Assembly: GCF_009914755.1 (NCBI RefSeq)
Contig: NC_060934.1
DNA length: 64,000 nucleotides
Source of the DNA: the human T2T-CHM13v2.0 reference genome, Homo sapiens
Direction: 5' to 3' (one strand)
The stretch's first letter is position 1, and each line of letters opens with the position of its first letter. Made by a program: the position numbers and the translations under genes. This document shows positions 56,708 to 64,000 of the stretch, piece after piece. The notes below the pieces were generated by a model. The model had not been told where the DNA came from and did not search any database. It worked only from the letters and a program-made list of their open reading frames with translations.

Positions 56708-57060
56708 GAGTAGTTTGCAAATATTTTCTCACATTCTGTAGGTTGCTTCTTCACTTTGCTGATTGTTTCCTTTGATGTGCAAGGTTTCTTTAGTTCGAAA
56801 TAATCTTATTTGTCTATTTTTGCTTTCATTGCCTGCTTTTGAGGTCTTCCCCCTCCTCCCAAAAAATTTGCCCAGACTAATGACCTGAAGGGTTTCCCCA
56901 ATATTTTCTTCTAGTAGTTTTACAGTTTCAGGTCTTCATTTAAGTCTTTACTCCATTTTTATTTGATTTTTGCATATGGTGAAAAGGGTCTCATTTCATT
57001 CCTCTGCATATGGATATCCAGTTTTCCCAGTACCATTTATTGAAGAGACTATTTTTCCTC
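56708..57060 (-). mobile_element. Inverted L1 ORF2 fragment embedded in the plus-strand L1
   Basis: GTTTGCAAATATTTTCTC...GGATATCCAGTTTTCCCAGTACCATTTATTGAAGAGACT is antisense L1. Confidence 0.85.
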
Positions 57061-57689
57061 ACCTGCAAACAAAGTCAAGTAAAATCAAACATTTTTAATC
57101 AGCAAAAAAAAAAAAAAAGGAAAACAAGTATTGTTAAGCATGTAGACACATTAGATTCGTTTTACACTGCTAGTGTGTGAAATGAGCAGCCACTTTGGAA
57201 AGGACTATTCCTCAAAGGTGAAACCCAGAGTTATCACATTACCCAGAAATTCCTTCCCAGGCATATGCTTGGTAGAAATGAACACATGTGTTCATATAAA
57301 ACCTTTGCACTCATGTTCACAGCAGCATTATTTACAATAGTCAAAATGTGGAAACCGCTCAGCTGTCCATCAGCGGGTGAAGATGCACAGAGTGTGCTCT
57401 TGCCCCACAGCGAAATGTGATTCAGCCGTAAGAAGAAAAGAAGCGCCAGTGCATGCCGGAACACGGGTGAACCTTGAAAACTCTGTGCCAAGCAAAAGAA
57501 GCCAGTCACGAAAGACCATGGATCGTTCGGTTTCATTTACACAAAATGTTCAGAATAGGGAAATTCTGCAGAGCCAGAAAGTAGATGGGCCGTTACCAGG
57601 GGCCAGGAGGTGCAAAATGGGGTAGGAGAGAGATTGGGGTGGCAGCTAAGAGGTATGGGGTTTCTTTTTGTTATAATGAAAATGTCCTT

Positions 57690-57996
57690 GGCCAGGTGCA
57701 GTGGCTCACGCCTGTAATCTCAGCACTTTGGGAGGCTAAGGCAGGAGGATCACAAAGTCAGGAGTTCGAGACCAGGCTGGCCAACATGGTGAAACCCCAT
57801 CTGTACTAAAAATACAAAAATTAGCCGGGTATGATGGCATGTGCCTGTAGTCCCAGCTACTCGGGAGGCTGAGGCATGAGAATAGTTTGAACCTAGGAGG
57901 CGGAGGTTGCAGTGAGCCAAGATCATGTCACTGCACTCCAGCCTGGGAGTCAGAGTGAGACTACATCTCAGAAAGAAAAAAAGAAAAGAAAAAATA
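57690..57996 (+). mobile_element. Full-length AluS in the L1 3' UTR
   Basis: GGCCAGGTGCAGTGGCTCACGCC start, A tail; TSD AAAATG(T/C)CCT. Confidence 0.95.
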
Positions 57997-58844
57997 AAAT
58001 GCCCTAAATTTAACTGTGGCAATGGTTGCACATATCTGTGGATACACTAAAACCCATTGATTTGTACATTTCAAATTTGTGAATGTATAGTATATAAATC
58101 ATAACTCAATAGTACTTTTTAAAACAAAAAATGTGTATGTGTGTATAATTTTTTTAATTAGGTAATTGCAATATGAGGAAATAATTGGATAATTACAGCA
58201 AAATATTTCTCTGTAGTTACTCCATTTAAATATTAAATTTGGAACTCACCTTCTTGGCCTTCGTGACTCAAAGGGAAATCATTCTTCCTGTCTGATTCAA
58301 GGAAAATACCATGCCACTGGGGAAGTATCACTTTCCTCCTGCTAAATTCTAGGACAAATTGTGAGTTGTGAAATGGGGAAGGGTTCCAGCAGTTTTACAG
58401 ATGAGCCATCAGACGATGTCCTTGGCTGACCTGTTGTACATGAGCCCCTAGCATGAAGCCATCCTCAACTCTATTTCTGGGGATCGCTGGGCCCTCCATG
58501 TGGGGCCGATACTCAGGTGACACTCCTGCGGAGTGCTGGGCTCAGGGCATGGAGGATGCAAGGGGCCGATGGGCTTGCAAAGTTATGCCTCTGCAGGCAC
58601 AGGAGTGCCTGTGAGGGAGGCCACGTGTGTGCCTGGGCCTGAAAACCAAAGGCCTGGGTTTCATCTTGACCCAGAAGATTTCACATGAGCATGTTGGGTG
58701 AATTCCCTTTTATTCTCACCTTCACGGTGGCAATCCAGTACTAATTTTCAGGAGAAATGTGTGTGAGTGTGTGAGGGGAGACGGGGGCATGGACACTTTT
58801 CAGAAAGAATGCTGTGTGTACAATTTTGTTGCTACACAGATTTT

Positions 58845-58942
58845 GGCAAGGAAGGAAAGAAGGAAAGAGAGAAAAAGAGAGGGAGGAAGGAAGGGAAGGA
58901 GGAAGAGTAGGAGGAAAAGAGGAAGGAAAAGAAAGAGAAAAG
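58845..58942. repeat. GA-rich purine tract
   Basis: GGAAGGAAAGAAGGAAAGAGAG... Confidence 0.85.
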
Positions 58943-59589
58943 TTATGGCACCCTTCCATTGCATTGGAAAGTTGTGTAGTAATGGCAAATATTAACTGAG
59001 TAGCGTGCGAGGGGCTGTGTTAAGTGAGCCCGTCAATGAATGACTTTGTGCATCCTTCACAGCTCCATACGGCTAGTCTCACATTATCCCACCCTGAGGA
59101 TGAGAGAACCAGGGCCACTGAGCAGGGTGGGGCCGAGGTCTCAGGCTCCAGGGCACGCAGCCTTCCCGAATCACTGAGCTGACTTGTGCTCCTGGCCTCC
59201 TTTCTGTTTTCCTTAGAAGCCTTTGCCTAGTTTCTCTGAGTCCCAGTGTCTTTCAGAATCTCTTCTTTGCACCAGACTCTGGCTACCCATTAGATGTGTT
59301 AGATAGACGCCAACAAAGAATGCAGTTGAGATCCAAAGTGATCATCAAGTTACTTGAGACAAAAGCCTTCTCAGGGACTGGTGTGATATTATTACTAACA
59401 AGAGGATGCATGACCCAGAAAAACGTGATCTTTACAATCTGCAACTGGAGGCCTGGGATCTCCTCTTGGTCCCCACTCATCAAAGAGCACCATGCTCCTG
59501 CCATTGTGTGGGTGACACTCCCGCAGGCTGGACTTCCTGAAGCAAGGCACAGGCACGATCCATGCATCCATCCCCATGAGGACAACACT

Positions 59590-59660
59590 ATGTGTGTGTG
59601 TGTGTCTGTGTGTCTGTGTGTGTCTGTGTGTCTGTGTGTGTGTCTGTGTGTGTCTGTGTG
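59590..59660. repeat. (TG)n/(TCTGTG)n microsatellite
   Basis: TGTGTGTGTGTGTGTCTGTGTGTCTG... Confidence 0.92.
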
Positions 59661-61149
59661 CTTGGTGTGCTGTTGAAAGATAATATAACCTAATCCTCAG
59701 AGTGATATCACTGAGGAAATGACAGTGTTGCCTTCAGTAAGAGAGGGGCTGGAATTATGAAACACTTGATAAAATACAGAGGGGACCGGGGCCGTTTGTG
59801 CAGCAGGTTTGGGGCATGATTAATGAAAATGACTGGGTTAATATGCCTTGCGATGAATGGCTTTCATGGAGCCTCGTCTTTTTCATTACGTTCCCTGGCA
59901 GCGGGCTATTAATAGTGGCTGAGCCTTAACTTGTTATTTCAAACATTTCAGGCACAAATAATAGAAGATTTCCAATTAAAAGGGATAATCTCCCTTCAGA
60001 AGCGAAGTAGTAAGCACAGTGAATAATTTAAAAAGCTTTGGGGATGTAAAGATTGATTCCATCTCCCCCTAAGCAATAAATCAGTGGCTTTGATTAACAA
60101 TTTAAAAATAAAGGACAAGGAGGCACGGAGAAGTTGTGAGACGTGGTCTTTTGTTCACGATTTTTTATCATTACTGCTTTTCCAAAATGTTGTCATTACA
60201 TAAAACATTATTTCAATTAGTTTCCTACAAACCCCCAAGTCATATTCAATAAGTTTTTACTGATATAGAAAATAGGAAGTAGGCAACAGGAAAAAAAATA
60301 TACGGTTACTGAGAAAAACAGCAAATACCCTCTGGCTTTCAGATGCTTAAAACTGTATTTGAAGTCTTTATTGGTTTACCATTTAGGATGATGATACATT
60401 TTGATTAAACACAAGAGTGTGGACAAGTATTAGGACTCCTATCTAATCCTACCTACTCATACAGATTTATCTAATACGTATTTTTGGGGAGTATAATTTG
60501 GTTTTTACTCCTAGCATGAATTCAGAATTAATATATTTGAAATTTCCGAGCCATTGTCTAAATGATTCCCCATTTCTACCTTCATAAAGAATTTGGTAGT
60601 CCTAGACACAAATATGAACATCAAATCTGGACTTGAAAGAAGTTCTGGAAGACTGAACTGGAATGAGTAGATGGCAGGTGAGTTTTCCGTCAGCCTCCTG
60701 ATAATTTCTAGGATAATATCAGTTAACACAGAGAAGGTGGCTGGCTAAATGCGGTAAGGAGAAAAAAGGCCCCATTTTCTCTGCAGAAATTCATTACTTG
60801 CACCCAGGGGACTCCTGGATTTAGTGAGCTTCTGCAGAAATAGTTTCCAGCATCTATTTTTAGTTGTTATCAAGCCCATCCCTAAGCGGGCTGTAGTTTC
60901 CCATATTAACAGAACATACTCCCCTGTCCAAACCATTTTTGGTTTGAATAATATTCAAGATTCTATCGGGAATCTAAATAGGCCTCTATAATTTGGGTTC
61001 GCTTGGTTCCCTTGGCAATAGGTTTTGAAGAGCGCTGGTAAATGGGAGTGCGTGGGGATCGCATTTGGGGAGGGTATCATAAAAGGGACAAATAACAAGC
61101 GTTCACATAGATGGAGCTCTCCAAATGCGCCAGCAGCTGCCCCACACAT

Positions 61150-61310
61150 GTTGCAGGGTTTCGTTCCTGTAATTCTCACGGCAATCCTCCGGGCGAGGTC
61201 CCATTGTCAATCCCCATTTTCCCAGGTACAACTGAGGCCACAGGAGTTCCAGAGACAAAGCAAGCAAGTGCAGGGCTGGGACCCTAACCCAGCTTCTGCG
61301 CTGTCCAAGC
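61150..61310. mobile_element. Degenerate MIR
   Basis: ATTCTCACGGCAATCCT...ATCCCCATTTTCCCAGGTACAACTGAGGC...GCAGGGCTGGGACCCTAACCCAG. Confidence 0.5.
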
Positions 61311-62030
61311 CAAGCACAGGGGTCATCACAGGGGTCTGAGAGCAGGTGCGTCCCAGCTCTGGACCATGCACTGTATGTTCATTATTTCCTGCAGTCCTGC
61401 AAACACGCTGGCCTGCTGTTGCTCTCACTAAGCCCACCAGACAGAGAAGGAGACAGAGGGTCAGAGAGGAGAAGCAACTCAATCGCAGTATACAGGTAGA
61501 AAGTGCTGGACCCCAGATGTGCTCCCAGCTTTGCCAGGCTCCAGAGCCACCTTGTCAACACTTAATGCCAGCCAGAGGTTTGGGTCCAGAAACAGAATGT
61601 ACTTGAAGAGGAGGATCTCAGCTGTGGAATCAAGCCAGATGTTCCAGGAAAGGCCCAGGGTGCCCAGTGTTGGAGCAGGGAGATTGGGATGGAGCAGGGG
61701 CAGGTTGGGAAGAGGCATGTCAGAAGCTGGGCCTGCAGCCTGGGTTGGTGTTTCCTGTGATGCTGGCAGACAGCTGATGGACAGGCGGGCAGGCTCTATC
61801 TACAGAGGTCTTCTGGAGCTGTGCCCAGGGGACCCCACTGCCCCTCACTCCTCCAAACACAGTGGTGCAGGGAGTGCTGCCTGGGTCCTGCCAGACGTGC
61901 TGGGGAGGCCTCAGACCTGCTCGCACCTAGAGGTCCCGCCTCCAGAAAACATGGAATGTCTGGGTCAATGGCTTTCCTCTCTGCTGAGGACCTACTTCGG
62001 CCTCTCTTTGGAATAGTCTTGTGAACCAAA

Positions 62031-62515
62031 AGATAAGGTGGTGTATGGGTGTTGGTCTTCATGCCCCTGGCTCTTGGGTGTTCAGTGTGATGGCTTTATG
62101 GAGATAAGGTGATGTAAGGGTGTTGGTCTTCATGCCCACAGCTCTTGGGTGTTCAATGTCATGGATTTATGGAGATAAGGTGGTGTATGGGTGTTGGTCT
62201 TCACGCCCACGGTTCTTGGGAGTTCAATGTCATGGCTTTATGGAGAGAAGGTGTATGGGTGTTGGTCTTCATGCCCTTGGGTGTTCAACGTCATGGCTTT
62301 ATGGAGAGAAGGTGTATCGGTGTTGGTCTTCATGCCCACGGTTCTTGGGTGTTCAATGTGATGGTTTTATGGAGATAAGGTGATGTATGGGTGTTGATCT
62401 TCATGTCCACAGTTCTTGGATGTTCAGTGTGATGGATTTATGGAGATAAGGCGATGTATGGGTGTTGGTCTTCATGCCCACAGTTCTTGGGTGTTCAATG
62501 TCATGGCTTTATGGA
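62031..62515. repeat. 71-bp VNTR, about 7 copies, two of them shortened
   Basis: GA(T/G)AAGG recurs at 62032, 62103, 62174, 62245, 62306, 62374, 62445. Confidence 0.94.
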
Positions 62516-62689
62516 AGGACCTTCCCCACTTGCATGTGCAGAAGCTTCTGGAGAGGAGCCAGGGGTCCTGGTCTGCAGAAAGCATTGCTTCTGCCAGGTG
62601 GACGTGATGGTTGGGCAGCGTGGGATTCCCCTGGATTCTCTGGTGGAATTACAGCCCATGAATCCTGAAAACCTGGAAGGTGGCTGAGA

Positions 62690-62853
62690 TGGTCTCTCTT
62701 GTGTCTCTTGTATAAGGCACTAATTTCATCCATGAGGGCCCTGCCTTGTGGCCTACTCCCCTCCCAGAGGCCCCACTCCTTATACCATCTGCTTGGGAGT
62801 TACAGCTTCGATATGTGAATTTGGGGGGTGACACACACATTCCAACCATAGCA
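62690..62853 (-). mobile_element. MaLR LTR fragment (MLT1A/MST-like 5' end)
   Basis: TATAAGGCACTAATTTCATCCATGAGGGC...TGAATTTGGGGGGTGACACACACATTCCAACCATAGCA. Confidence 0.8.
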
Positions 62854-64000
62854 GTCACCTGGACCATGATCAACGGTTTGGAGTTTGTAGTAAGGCCAGT
62901 AGGAAGGAGGGCACAGTATTACTGATGGGCTATCCTCCGGGCTCTGTTATGGAAGAGAGAGCTCAGGGTGGTGCAGCAGGCCCTGTATGCCTGTCCTCCA
63001 TCTCAACGCTGCCTTCTGCTCTGTCCGTCCCTCAGCAAGGGGCAGCTTTATGAGCTCCGTCCCCACCTGGTGCCACCTGACAGCTCCCACCTCACGCCTC
63101 TCACCCCTGAAGAGCCTCCCTGTCAAGTCCGGGGCATGAAATGTCACAGGAGCACCCCCCACCCCATCCACACTCATCCGCCCATGACCTAGGCCTGTGC
63201 GGCAGTCGAGGCACCACAGGGCATGTGCTGACCCAGGGCGCCTCTGCGCTGCCCCTCCCAGCCTGACGAGCGATCGGATGAGGCCCTCCGATACCCCGGA
63301 GGAGGCATCTCAGGACTGGGTGGGAGGATGAAGGGTCTTTGCCGTGCAGCTGGCAACAGAGCCCACAGCTTCCCACTCTTTCCTGCTACGTTTGTTTGGC
63401 CCTCACCCTGTTTCCCAAAACTGCACCCCTAAAACCAGGTAGCAGACTCTGATCTTTGGGAGCACGGGCTGGGGCAAACAGCAAGGATGGAGTCAGGGAC
63501 AGGGTGGGGTCATGGAGGCAGCCTGGGGATGCAGAATGGCAGCAGAGAGCAGACCCCTCAGCGGCTGCCATCTCAGCCTGTCCAGCCACCATCTCTTTCC
63601 CAAAACTTCACCTTTGACCATTTCCCTCTGTCATGAAGGCCTGATTTGCAGATTTCAGCTGAATTGAGCCTTTCCAAGCAGGCTTTGCCAGGCTCTGCAC
63701 ATGGACCCAGGGGCTCCCTCCCCTGGAACCCTTTGAGTAGCGCACTGTTTTTACCCTCTTAGCACAGACGACAGTTTTCAATTAAACACTGATGTGTATG
63801 CCTCTGTGTGTTTCAGGTCTGTCTCCCTGGCTGGCATCTCTGAGGCCATAAGGAGAGGGGCTCCACCTGATGCCCCCCACACCAACACAGGGTGGGGCAG
63901 GTGGACGCATGGCAGAACCAGGGTCATCAAAAGAAGGGGCAAACGGGGCCAACTGGCGTCCAACGCAGTCCCAGAACGTGCACAGTCAGCCTGCGGCCCA

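Larger units (their letters stand above)
55535..58130 (+). mobile_element. Old L1 (L1MB-like), ORF2 RT region to 3' end, with internal deletions and insertions
   Basis: Peptides PLLFNMVLEIVVRAIRQEKE and LADDVLLCTEEPKESTKKLLELINK; L1MB-like 3' UTR ending near 58130. Confidence 0.9.

Overview
This is primate genomic DNA, probably human or another catarrhine: it carries AluJ, AluS and AluY copies plus old L1M, MaLR/ERVL and MER4-group LTRs. I find no supportable protein-coding gene, RNA gene or CRISPR array. The long ORFs in the supplied track are artefacts of low-complexity repeats, antisense Alu read-through or decayed L1 ORF2. The window reads as a large intron or gene desert with GC-rich unique DNA, several VNTRs, AT-rich homeodomain-motif blocks that may be enhancers, and an 8 kb nested transposon stack at 32-40 kb. 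The best leads are: a 37-bp VNTR made of tandem splice-donor consensus sites, a full CTCF site (upstream module plus core) with a convergent partner 34 kb away, an MLT2A LTR keeping its DUX4-type motif, a 24-nt microexon candidate upstream of a UG/UGCAUG-rich VNTR, and a palindrome cluster with a CArG box at 13 kb. None of these is demonstrated to be a new biological system. Repeat subfamily names come from recalled consensus sequences, not from a search, and element boundaries are approximate.
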